A DNA stretch of 64,000 bases, from NCBI GenBank assembly GCA_043228905.1, contig JBHGNT010000001.1, forward strand, positions 33,170,001 through 33,234,000, given 5' to 3'. This document shows positions 1-11,513 of this stretch, one piece after another; position 1 is the stretch's first letter; every line of letters begins with the position of its first letter. Below the pieces are notes generated by a model that was not told the origin of the DNA, did no database searches, and saw nothing but the letters and a program-made list of their open reading frames with translations. The DNA is from Azolla caroliniana (lineage: Eukaryota > Plantae > Polypodiophyta). The position numbers were made by a program, and so were the translations under genes.

Positions 1-1569
1 AAATCCAGGCCTCATATGCCTCAAGTGGAAAAAGAGTATTTGAAGCCTGCTTATACTGCGAGCGTTGGAGATGACTTAGATGATGGACTTTTTGATGGTA
101 AAAGCTACAAATTTTGACAGCTAAAATTTTGAACTGAATTGTTGTCATAATATGGAGATAGAATGATGAGTTGTTTGCTTTCTTGCAATGAAATAAATGC
201 AGATTTCTTGGAGCTTACATTACAATTTGGCATGGTGACAATGTTTGCTAGTGCATTTCCTTTGGTCTTTGTATTCGGCCTAATAGTAAGAAAGCCAACC
301 CGTTTTAGTTAATTTTCATAGAGCTCAAATGGTACAGTCCTGGGGGTATCTAGAAACGTGTGGCCTAATGTGAAAAGGCCCATAATAACAGGGCCTCATT
401 GACTAAGAGTGTGTTCACCTGTTGGAGATCCCATATTGTCTTATTATGAGCTTTTCACATTTGGCTGAAAAACAGGCACCTCGTCCATATGCGTTTGTAT
501 CTCCTCTTGTAAGGCATGTGAAACTTGATTTTGATCCAAATTGATTTTTCTATCCTTTTAGAACAACTTGATGGAGATAAGATCAGATGCACTGAAGCTC
601 CTTGTGATGCTACGACGGCCTGAACCTCGTGCAGCTGCTTCTATTGGAGCATGGCTTAATATCTTCCAGGTAAATTCATGTGCCCTATTGTATTGAATAC
701 AGTTCACAAGAAAGATGGCAATTAACAACCATTTCAGAAATGGGTTGATGTCAGGGGCTTGGATTCATTTCAAATGATAACGAGGGCTTATTTTATTATT
801 GAATATTTGTAGATTTCCTTAAATTTAGCACAATGCATTTTGAGCTCCTTGTGAGCTTGTAGGGAAATGCATTCGAGTTGTCTTTGGCTTGTAGGTGAGT
901 GCATTTGAGTTGCCTTTGGCTTGTAGGCTAATGCATTTTGAGTGGGCTTTGAGTTTAACGGTCAGTGCAATTTTAGGGGAATGCAAATTGAGTTTCCTTG
1001 GATTGTATGGTCATTCCGTTTGAGCTCTTGTGCGTTTGTCAATGCCTTCTATTTGGCTACAGGTCTAGGTTAATTTAATCCGACCTGCCTTGAGCCTAGA
1101 TTGATGCATTTTTTTACTTTTTAACTTAAATATAATCATGCATGTATGAGTGTCAACTTTGAATTCTATTTCCATCTTATTTGAATGTTATTAAGTTTGG
1201 TTGTTTATGCCACAGTTTCTAGGAGTGATGGCTATATGTACAAACTGTGCCCTGTTGGTATGCCTCTATGATCAACAAGGAACTTGGACGTTAGAACCAG
1301 GATTGGCGGCCATTCTACTAATGGAGCATTTACTGTTGCTAGTGAAGTTTGGGTTTTCATGTTTTGTACCCGAGGTTGTCTTGCATATCAATAATATTGA
1401 ATTATCTAGTTTCAATTGCATGCTTAGAGGGGAATGCCAAATAAGTGTGCTTTTGTTTTGTTTCCAGGAGCCAGCTTGGGTCAGGGCAAAGAGAACGAGT
1501 AGGAAAGTTGTACGAGACAAATATTCACGAGGCCTACTCCAAAATCTTAACGTTGCTAGTCCTAAGTAA
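1..1569 (+). CDS. Anoctamin/TMEM16-like protein, 3' part (5' truncated by window edge); exons <1-97, 203-285, 562-669, 1216-1374, 1468-1569
   Basis: Manual splicing at GT-AG junctions gives [25 protein letters not shown]...[13 protein letters not shown]...[22 protein letters not shown]...MEHLLL...VPE-EPAWV, typical anoctamin C-terminal motifs; stop TAA at 1567-1569. Confidence 0.9.
363..465. repeat. Imperfect inverted repeat (about 25-bp arms) in anoctamin intron
   Basis: gcctaatgtgaaaaggcccataataa (363-388) versus ttattatgagcttttcacatttggc (441-465), whose reverse complement is gccaaatgtgaaaagctcataataa. Confidence 0.7.
832..1030. repeat. Degenerate minisatellite, about 32-bp unit, in anoctamin intron
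   Basis: Recurring TGCATTTGAGTTGYCTTTGGCTTGTAGG-like units, about 5-6 copies. Confidence 0.7.
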
Positions 1570-3237
1570 ATTTAAATTTCGATGCTTTTAGCCTCTCCTT
1601 AAATAGAGTAGTGTGTTGGGCTTTATGGTTTGTGGATGTGTCCAATATTTTGTATAGTCATGTGTTGTGGATATGGATCTTTATTGTGTGTTGATGTGTC
1701 CAATATTTTGTATAGTCGTTGTGGATATGTTTGATATCTTGGCTCTAAACGTTGTAACGTTTTGAACTGCATGAATATGAAATATCATTACATTGCTGCT
1801 TCATGGCTGTATAATGTGTATAGTTAGCTTAGGCCTTATAACATGAATGTTTCTTGTGTACACGAAGTGTGGGGACAAAGTTGTAATTAATGTTAAAAAG
1901 TTCCATATCTAGTGGAGGGGATGCTTTATGTCTATGATCATATCAACATTGCTTAGTTATTTGTAGGTTACATATAAACAGTTCTTAGTTTTTTGGGCAA
2001 CTAATATATCATGTGTATTGTATGTGTACATGTCTTGACAAGAAGACATCAAGAAAGTCAAGTTGACAATCATTCATTTTGAATTTTGATCGGGCTATTA
2101 AAAGCTTCTAATGTCAAATCAATATCAATCATTCATTTTAAATTTTAATTGTGCATTAGTTTTTGTTTATTACAATGGTGTCCATATACTTAATACAATA
2201 ATCTCATACAAACGCTTATTACTCAAAGCCATCATACAAACTAAACACTTCAAAGGGATTATGTAATTGTTTTACAAATCTTTGATAGTCTTGGATGGTT
2301 ATAACAATAGTCACAAAGACGAGGGGTGTGTTGGAGCTAGATGAGAATTTGCCAGCATTTATTGGATGTTCTTATTAATGACATTTGTGACCCGTGTATT
2401 TTTATTAAAAGAGGTCCCCCGTTGCTCTGTGCTCTAGATAGTGTAGTAATGAAACCTACAAACCCCAAGGGTTGGTTGTGAATGCTAAGCTTTTTGAACT
2501 AAGAAATGTCATAGGTGAAATTTGATCCCATGGACACATGGGCAATTTTTTAAGGAAACTTGGTCATGATAGACGTCCCATTTGAATGTTTTTAAGGAAT
2601 TAAATTCGTACTTATGAATTGTCTCCATAACAATACCTTTGGAATCAATTGAGCTACTTTCAAAACTAAAATTTTTGCTAATTTGACTATTGATTATAAT
2701 AGTTGTAATTCTAATATCATGCTTTGAAGACTCATAAATTCAATCTTGTCTTTAAAAATTGTTAACCTACTTCATAAGTGTTTGAAAATCATGGAGATAG
2801 TTATGTTTCCAAATTTCGTAAAAGGTTTTCATTGAGGTAGTTATGCAATGAAATGATGTCAATTTTATTAGGATAGGAGCAAATTGTCAATGTGTTTTGT
2901 CTAAAACAAGATCTTTTAGTGAATATTTTGTGTCCTATGGTGCTAATATCTCTCAATCTCTTTCCAAAGGCCTATCCTTTGATTGACCTTGAGCCTCGGG
3001 TTTGAACGCATTCACCGGCTACCTCCTTCTCTTTCTCTCCGGTTCCAAGTCTAAGTATAAGTTCTATGTTCATTGCTTCGTTTCACATTTTACGGAATTT
3101 GGACTCAAATCCATGGAATCTCTCTTTCTCTCTCCTAATTAGTTCACCCTAGTGGTGAGTGGTTAGACTACTAAAACATTCTCACATCCCTATTACTCCA
3201 TACATATCCTCTTAATTTACTAGATGTCACTATGGAA

Positions 3238-3287
3238 TGTAGGGGTTGAACCCATGACCTTATGGTCTCCAACCAACTGAGGTACAT
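3238..3287 (-). mobile_element. Possible tRNA-derived SINE head remnant
   Basis: Reverse complement tgtacctcagttggttggagaccataaggtcatgggttcaacccctaca has A-box-like (TACCTCAGTTGG) and B-box-like (GGTTCAACCCC) motifs but no complete cloverleaf. Confidence 0.35.
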
Positions 3288-4342
3288 CTCTCTCTCTTTA
3301 TAGGAAGCCCATTACACTTTCAATCAATTATAATTCTTCCTTAAACCCTAAGCCCTGAGCCCTGAACAAACACACCAAGTAAACGTTCAACCCTGATCTG
3401 AGTTTTTTCTACACCTTTGGTAAGAGACCCTTTCTCCTCCGACATCACGTTTTCTTTGCTCTGCGTATTGGGGGTTCGAAATAGGCCATTGTCTTCTTGT
3501 CCTTAATGTCTATAGTTGTGGTTTTTTTTTTTTTTTTTGCTGAATGCTTGGAGAGATTATATCGCTAACAACGGTTGCATCTTGCAGACACTGGGGTTTT
3601 CCAAAAACTATTGATTTCCTTCATTCTCAAGGTCCCAGTGAGATCAGATCGGAGCTATTGAGGGTATGACTCAGGACTACATATATTTGTCATCTATTTG
3701 AAATTCACTGTAATATACAAAATTGTTGATTTTTAGGGCTAACTGGTAATAGGAAGTCTCACCGCTATATGCATGAAATAATGCGTCTTTCCAAGAAGCA
3801 AATCTATTTGAGGAAAGCCCTTGTTATATGTACATCTTTAAATTCTAATTGAAATTTTCTATATTTTTGAAATGTCATTAGCTTGGAAATGTCAGCTAAC
3901 AAAGAAGTATTATTATATGTGCATCTGTAAATATTTTTGAGGAATGTTTATATTCAGACAAGGGATCCTCCATATCAAATTATATATTTGTGACCACTAC
4001 TGTAAGCATAAAATGCCATCACAGATTCGAGAAAATGCCCCCCCTCTCCAATGAAGATTTGGAGACCCATGCAAATTTGTTATTTGCACATACGGAAAAC
4101 ATCTTAAGTAGGAGTCAATATTCAGGCTAACTATAAAATTAAGTTACATGCTAATGTGCATAATACCTGTAGTCTTGTTATTGAGGTTATATGTGTGTCT
4201 GCACATTCAAAGTTAAATTAATTGGAAAATTCAACTGCCATCATCATCATTTAACTTGTTAATGTCATACTGGCTGGTTCATGATACTTAGAAATTTCAA
4301 ATGTTTCAACTTTAAACATTCCACAGGAACATCAATGCGTTA

Positions 4343-5247
4343 ATGATGATCACAGCAGGCATACGTAGACTAATTACTGCTCCATTAAGAATCAATCCTG
4401 CGGCTCGAATCTTTGTGAGGAATGTTTATGATGAGAAGGTTGGTATACTAATTTGATTATCCTTTAAAAAATGTGAGTATATCGATGCGATTAGATGAAA
4501 TCTGTGAACAATATCATATATGTATATGGGAATATCAAAGCAATTTATCAAAATGTGGAAACATTAAAGTGATATATCAAAATGTGGTGATATTATTGTG
4601 ATTCCATCAAATGTAGGAATGTTTATCCTAAATTTGTGTCTCTTGATGATGATGATGAGGGAAAAATGCTTGGGATCAGAATATTAAAGCAGTATATCAA
4701 GATATGGTGATATTAAATTAGATATATCAAATGTGGCCATATCTTCAACTGTTGCATCACCCTTTTGTAGAGTTATCGGCCTCCGAAGGTCTTCAAGGAT
4801 GATGATCTATTTCTCGATGACTTACCTCCAAAGTCAGATGAGCCAAAGTGGAAATTCAACAAAGAAGACAAACCAGGGTCAAAAAAATTGAAGAAAGGTG
4901 ACAAAAGACCTGTCCGATCATTCAAGCATCGAACTGAGGCATATATGCTTCCTTTCACACTAGATGTATTCATTTCATCCAAGTATATACATGCAAGCAT
5001 CATGCATAGAATGAGTAACAAAGTGGTAGCAGTGGCTAGTACAAATTCAAAAGATTTGAGGTCAGTCCTCAAGTCTCGATGTGATATAAATGCATGTCGG
5101 ACAGTTGGACAAGTGTTGGCTGAACGTGCCATGGAGGCTGATGTGTTTACAGCTCTTTATTACACTCGGAAGAATGAGAAATTGGAAGGTAAGCTTTTAG
5201 CTGTTGTGGATTCGGTAAAGGAGCATGGAATCAACTTACTTATGTAA
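4343..5247 (+). CDS. Mitochondrial uL18-like protein (L18p/L5e family, At1g08845/uL18-L1-like); exons 4343-4438, 4771-5247; 190 aa
   Basis: Exon 1 MMITAGIRRLITAPLRINPAARIFVRNVYDEK is Arg-rich and presequence-like; it splices in phase 0 to ...SFKHRTEAYMLPFTLDVFISSKYIHAS...VAVASTNSKDL...ACRTVGQVLAERAMEADVFTA...KLEGKLLAVVDS. Confidence 0.88.
4530..4736. repeat. Degenerate tandem repeat, about 29-bp unit, in uL18 intron
   Basis: Several copies of a TTAAAGTGATATATCAAAATGTGG-like unit. Confidence 0.55.
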
Positions 5248-8224
5248 ATGTTAATTTTACCTTTGCACATAAAAATATAGATTTTGGCCTCAACTTACGT
5301 GTTTAAATGCAATTAACCATGTGGCGATTATAATACTTGCTGAAGCAAGTCGTGAAGTATATTTATCATATGAGGATTTGGTGATAATTCTTGGTAGTGT
5401 TTTTGAAGTTTGAGCTCATACTATAGATGTCTGTTTTGTAGCTAAAACTCCTCTCTTTGTTAGGAGAGTAAGGTTGTGTATGGTAAAAAAGGCTTTTTTA
5501 TGTTTGATGCTTTTCATAATATAAGCAATGGAGGAAATAGACTGCAAAGAAAGCATAATAACCTGTTCTGAGGAGGAACAAAACAGTGATGAGGTAGTGC
5601 ACACTTTTATCATTCTCTGTTTTTTAAGTGTCTTTAATCTTTCTCTCATGCTCCGATAAAATCTACTCTTTTGTCACATTCCATAAGTTTGACTATAGAA
5701 GCTTGTTTGTAGAAGTCAAAACTGAAGCAATACTAAGAGATTGGGATTCAATACTAGGCATACATAAATAGAAATCCCTTAATTTTCCATACGGGCTTCT
5801 TAGTAACAAATCTCCATTGTATGTTCAACCTTTCATCCAACTTATATATAAAAATCATATCACAATGAGATCATCCAAGGAGTGAAAGTTTGTGCATGGT
5901 TTCCATGTTGTGACCCATTGAACAAAAGTGAAAACCTTCTAGATGTTTTTCACGTTCAATGCAAATGCAAGATCTACTTAAAAAGTTTACATACAACCAA
6001 CGTAAGGATGATGGAGGCCATTCCTTTCAAAAACCTTTCATTGCAAATATTGAGGGGAAACCTTTCAAAAGCCCGTCATTGCAGGGGTTTTATGTCCCAA
6101 ATTTGCCAAGCATTTGTTATCATAAATATCATTGAAGTTCCCAAATTTGTTTGAAAGATCAGTAATTATTAGTTACACTATTTATGTTTCAGTACATCCA
6201 AACCTATCCAATTACCCTACAGTGCACGAGGACAAAGAAGTAAATGGAGTTTACCAAATATCTTATCACATACTTGTATCTTACGCTTTTACAATAGATA
6301 GTTACATACTATATATATGAATAACTTCTATTGTTCATAAGTGTCATCTTTGGGATAGACCCACCTAACATCAATAACTCAACCTCCTCTACAAATAGGA
6401 GCTTTCTAGCAAATTTTTCTTGTGATAATCAATTGGATACCAAAATATAGTTGGTGATAACTTTCTTTCTTGAAGGTGAAAAGTAAATGTTCATCGCTAG
6501 ATTTGTACTCTTCAAAATGTATCTATATAAATCATCCAAGAGAGAGAGACCCTTAAATGCAATTGAATTGTTGCATTCTTGGTGGTTTCACGTCCACCGC
6601 ATTTTCATCCTAGGTTGGTAATGCCTTGATTGAATTGTGATTAATTTATAAGTATGATTAATCATAGGTTAGAGGGGTTAATTATTCATCTACAATGAAA
6701 GAAAAGAGGCATTGTTATGTTAGGGGAGCTAAAGTCTTCGAATACTTAATGCTAAATCTTTGATGGCAACAAATGGAAACTATAGCATGTTGGCCAACAT
6801 GATGTTGATAGAGCACCATGGGGTGGTGCTCATGATGCCCATCCAAGAACATTCAATTCAAGAATTTCCATTGAAGAACATTCAAGAATTCAATTCTTTC
6901 CTTGGAAAAACTAATTGTGAATACACAAATAGGGAGGACTAACAAGTGTTGGAAGATCTAGTAGCATTGTTGCAAGTAGTTCATCTAGGGAGGACGAACT
7001 ACAATTGGAAGGAAAATGTTTCATTATTGAAGCAAGTATGATATGTGGCAATGGGAAATTATATCCATGGGTAGTTCATGATTTGATAAAGCTCTTTTTA
7101 GACTTTTCACATTGTTCTCCTCAAATATGTACTCTCTTACTGGTGTTCTTGGCAATATTCAAAGCTTCCTTATTTGTCTCTCGAATTTAATCCCTCTTGA
7201 TGCTATGTAATTCTTCTTTACCTCCATTCCCAAAACTAAAAGATTCATCTTCATATGATGATGTGTAGGCATATCTTGGTTGTAGAAACTCGACACATAA
7301 TCAATGTTTTATTTATTTATACTTGGGAATGGTCATCCCATAGTGCATTTCCATGTTGACTACTTTTGAAATACTCTATTAGTTTCTTCTCATACCTGGT
7401 GTTGGTGACAAATTATTTCTAAAATGTGGTCTTATCCTTTGACACAAGTTTCACCTGGCCACATATAACATGCCATACTTTAGCTCCCCTAACATTGGTT
7501 GCTTTGCCCTCATACGTCTCTCTCACATGGATAGCAAAATCATAGTTAGCAAAATTATTAGAAAACTATGAGGAAGACACGAACGTGTGTTTGCAGACTA
7601 CCTCTTTACCTTGAAGTTGTTTGTGATTTATTTTTGAATTGTTTTAGTGTGTTTTTTCAAGTATTTACATCAACCACCGATTTTCTTTTCTCATGGATGT
7701 GTCACCGCAAATACATGGTCAAAGCCACAACCTTTACCATAACAAAGTCATGTTTACATACTTTGAATTACAACATTTGCGTACCATGCGTAGCCTTGTG
7801 AAGCAAATATTTGCGGGGATATCTAAATGTCATATCTGATGTATACAAGCAATGCATTCATGGTCTCATTTACCTCATCGTTTTCTGTTTGAACTTTATT
7901 TGTGGAGTTGCAAACCAATGCATATTCGTTTGCCTACCTATTCTCCTCGTGCACAATATACTCAACATGGCAATGTCAATATTGAATGTGGTTCTATTGC
8001 TTGCTTCTCTCTCTTACATGGCTCCGGTGATTGATTGCCTCCTCCGGTACTCATGGTTGTTGGTGGATAACATTGTTGTGGGCTCGATCAAACAGGGAAC
8101 ATTCTTGAAGGCCATGCTTGTCTCTCGAATTTAATTTGGTGGTGCCAAGCACCCTCGGGTTGTTGGTGATCACTCATTCACGTGGGCTCCATTGATCCAT
8201 CAAAGCGATCTACCCATCCACTAT

Positions 8225-8464
8225 ACCATACATACATACATACATTGATATATACCTACACACACATACATACATGTAGTATATATGTATACGTACATGT
8301 ACGTATATATGATATACATATACGTACACACATACACACATACACACATACATACTTACATTGATATATACCTACACACACATACATACATATAGTATAT
8401 ATGTATGTATACGTACATGTACGTATATATGATATACATATACGTACACACATACATACATACA
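8225..8464. repeat. TA/CA-rich low-complexity tract with an internal direct duplication of about 115 bp
   Basis: tacattgatatatacctacacacacatacataca...tatacgtacatgtacgtatatatgatatacatatacgtacacacataca occurs twice (from about 8241 and about 8357). Confidence 0.85.
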
Positions 8465-8552
8465 GATTCATTCAATGCTGTATTTCGAGTGTTCAACTCT
8501 GTACCTCTCTCTCTTCGCCTCTATCTATTTGTATGGTACTGTATATGTATAT

Positions 8553-8596
<44 letters not shown>

Positions 8597-8703
8597 CGGA
8601 AGGCCTCTCTGAGCTCTCTAATCACTCTGTTTCTGTGTTTCCATAGCTGTGATCCTGCTATCCCAGCTCCTCCCTAACCCTAATACTCTTCTCATTCTCT
8701 CCC

Positions 8704-9336
8704 ATGATGGACACGAAACCATTTGGTAGCTGCAAACCTCCCCCCCAGAAGCCCCCCCTCTCCTGCTCGACCCTAACCCTAACATTAAGCCTCGTCGCCA
8801 TAGCCACCGTCACCATTCTCGCAGCTCTCTACTTCTCTGTCTTCAAGCCCACCCATCCGTCCATCCAAATCTCGTCCATCCATGTCCTCTCCCTCTCCCC
8901 TGCAGGTTTCCCCTCCGCCATAACCTCCGTAAACCTGACCCTAATCGCGACCCTCTCCTTACATAACCCGAACCGAGCAGGTTTCCGAGTCCAGCACGGG
9001 AGCGTGGCGTCATTGTACTACTACGACGAGCGGGTAGGGTCCAGTTGGATGGCGGAGAGGACAGTGGAGGGGAGGTCTACCATGGCGATGGATCTTGAGC
9101 TGACGGTGGATGGTCCAACGCCACTGCAGGGATTGAGGCTGTATAGAGATGTGGCACAAGGGGTGCTACAGAATGCGGTGTCTGTGTGGGTGAGGGGGGA
9201 GGTGGGGTCGCCACTCCGGATTTTCTCGCTGCAGTCGTGTGTGCTGGCTCTGTGTAGCGTCAACGTATCGCTGAACTCGCGAGGGATCGAAGCGTACTCA
9301 TGCCAGGGGAGCTTCCCTGTGCAGGAGGAGGGCTAG
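8704..9336 (+). CDS. LEA_2 / NDR1-HIN1-like protein, intronless, 210 aa
   Basis: One N-terminal TM helix ending YFSVFKPTHPSIQI, the LSLHNPNR motif, LYYYDERVG, and C-terminal Cys pattern; GC-rich ORF. Confidence 0.85.
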   Translation: MMDTKPFGSCKPPPQKPPLSCSTLTLTLSLVAIATVTILAALYFSVFKPTHPSIQISSIHVLSLSPAGFPSAITSVNLTLIATLSLHNPNRAGFRVQHGSVASLYYYDERVGSSWMAERTVEGRSTMAMDLELTVDGPTPLQGLRLYRDVAQGVLQNAVSVWVRGEVGSPLRIFSLQSCVLALCSVNVSLNSRGIEAYSCQGSFPVQEEG

Positions 9337-9502
9337 AGAGTGGATGGCTAGAGAGTGGATGTGGGGTCTCATTGAAAGATTTGCCCCTCCATCCTATCTA
9401 AGATCGGTGCCAGGATTCTATTCAAAGAGGGAACTCAAGCTCTTTCCTGTTCCTCGCATTATCTAACCACATTTTGGATTGGACCTCTGTCTTCCCGAAT
9501 CA

Positions 9503-9506
<4 letters not shown>

Positions 9507-9538
<32 letters not shown>

Positions 9539-9620
9539 TGCCTTAATTTTGGGGCCATTTTAGCCATTGTTAGAGAAAGATTTAGATGCATTCAGTACCA
9601 GCAAAGAACGCCAGGAATCA

Positions 9621-9681
<61 letters not shown>

Positions 9682-9751
9682 TTTTGCCTTATTCTGGGGG
9701 CCATTTAAGCCTTTATTTTGTTAGAGAAAGGTTCGGATATCTTCACGACCA
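9507..9751. repeat. Two (CT)n microsatellites, each followed by a similar flank of about 60 bp
   Basis: (CT)n-TTGCCTTA-TT-TGGGG(G)CCATTT-AGCC...TTGTTAGAGAAAG at about 9507-9580 and 9627-9730. Confidence 0.7.
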
Positions 9752-10417
9752 CCAAATTGAATGCCAATTGCTTCATTTTTGAAAAGCTATTGGAATTGCG
9801 TGTCTGGATGTGTTGCTTTGTACAACCTAGAAAGCATAATCTATCATGACAAAACCAATGAACTGGTGTACTACTTCATTGGACAATAGAGAAAGTTGTA
9901 CATTCTCTTTACCAAGGATGTAAAAAAAATCAACTCGATTTCTAATAAGTGCCCTTCAGTTAATGGGGTAAGCCGAAGAGAAGGGTTTATTGCCTCTTTA
10001 ACATTGTAAGCTGGTTATCAGTGAGAATATCTGCTCCTATATATTTTGCTCAAGTCCTTCATGGTTTTTTACATCTTGTGGGAGGTTTTATATTCTCCTC
10101 TAAATGTGGCTTTACTAATTCACTTTATGGAACCCAACAAGTAAGGAGAAAACAATAGTGTAAAGGCAATCCAATCCTAATATAAAAAAATGGGAATCTT
10201 AGAAAGTACCAAATGCGATGGACACCACAAGCTTGTGTGTGTATTGCTAAAGTAAAAATGATTGAATCTTACAAAAGCATCATGGGTTGTCTATGGCACA
10301 TGGGCTTTCACGGATTTGTACATAGTCTGAAAGATGGAATCCATGGACTTGAAAGCAACATATGCTTTTGATACGCTTATTCAACTATTACCAAAATTCA
10401 AATCTCTCTCTCTCTCG

Positions 10418-10483
<66 letters not shown>

Positions 10484-11513
10484 ATTGATAGTGCACATGC
10501 TTCTTGAGTGGCAGACAGTATCATCGTGATATTGTAGATATCTTCCATGCTAAGATGTGGTGGGTTGCTTCATCATAATGAAAGGCACACATCTCTTTGC
10601 TATGTGACATATTCTTGTCTCGTGTTTGTTTCATGTTGGATAGCGAATCTTGTAGTGGTCTGTGACCTTGTAACTACTAGTATGTCCCATATTGTATCAT
10701 AGGAAAAAAATGTATAACTATTTGTGTATCCTGATGTATTATATATAATACAATACATTTTAGATAGAAAATAGAACAGACACCTTAATCACAGTAGGTG
10801 AATTGCTCCAAAAGTGGACAAATCTAAAGGCAGTTAATTTATTTGCTATCATAAAAAATTATGAGATAGATCATTGAAGTCAAACTCGGCCTTATTTTCT
10901 ACAACATTACAGTGACTAAATTTATTTTGAAAACGTTAATGCATTAATTGGATTTTAATTCCCCACAATCATGGTGTTCAAGAATCAATGCATTGAAAAC
11001 CTTGCAATAACAAGCAGCAATTCCTCGTTGTGCATGAAACGAATGAAATTTCGAGTGAAAAAGATACAAACAGACTTTCAATTCATATTTGACAGATTTG
11101 GGCAACTCTTTCCAATCCAGCAAGGTAATATCTTCTGTTCAAAGAAATATTTGTTGGTCCATAAGCACATCAACCTTATCCTCAGTATTTTTAGGATTGG
11201 AAAATAATGATCTTCATATTTTTCGTTCCTAAACAAAATCAAGCCATTTTGTAGTTTGCATGATAATATAGAGATGGATCTCTCATATGAACCATAGATT
11301 CTAACCAGTTTATCCTTTATACTTTCCATTGTGCGCTTTTAAAAATCTTACCCTTGTAGTAGCAAAGAAATGAAAACGTTTCCATATACAAACTTCCCTT
11401 GCAAACACCATTATGTCTCCTCAATATACTCATGCAACTCATTGTTCACACCTCAATACATCTTGCCAAGCACTTTCCATCATTCGTACATCAAGAATAC
11501 TAACTTGTTGTTG

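Noticed and set aside
5528-5594. Exon-like MEEIDCKESIITCSEEEQNSDE followed by a GT donor-like site
   Set aside because: No downstream exon or recognisable family found.
8144-8167. Minus-strand peptide TNNPRVLG is encoded here and at 39385-39408 with only synonymous differences
   Set aside because: Flanks do not align, and one 8-residue match among all six-frame comparisons of 64 kb is plausible by chance; a TE-protein search would be needed to revive it.
9331-9360. Perfect 15-bp tandem duplication spanning the LEA_2 stop codon
   Set aside because: The first copy retains the stop, so the protein is unchanged.
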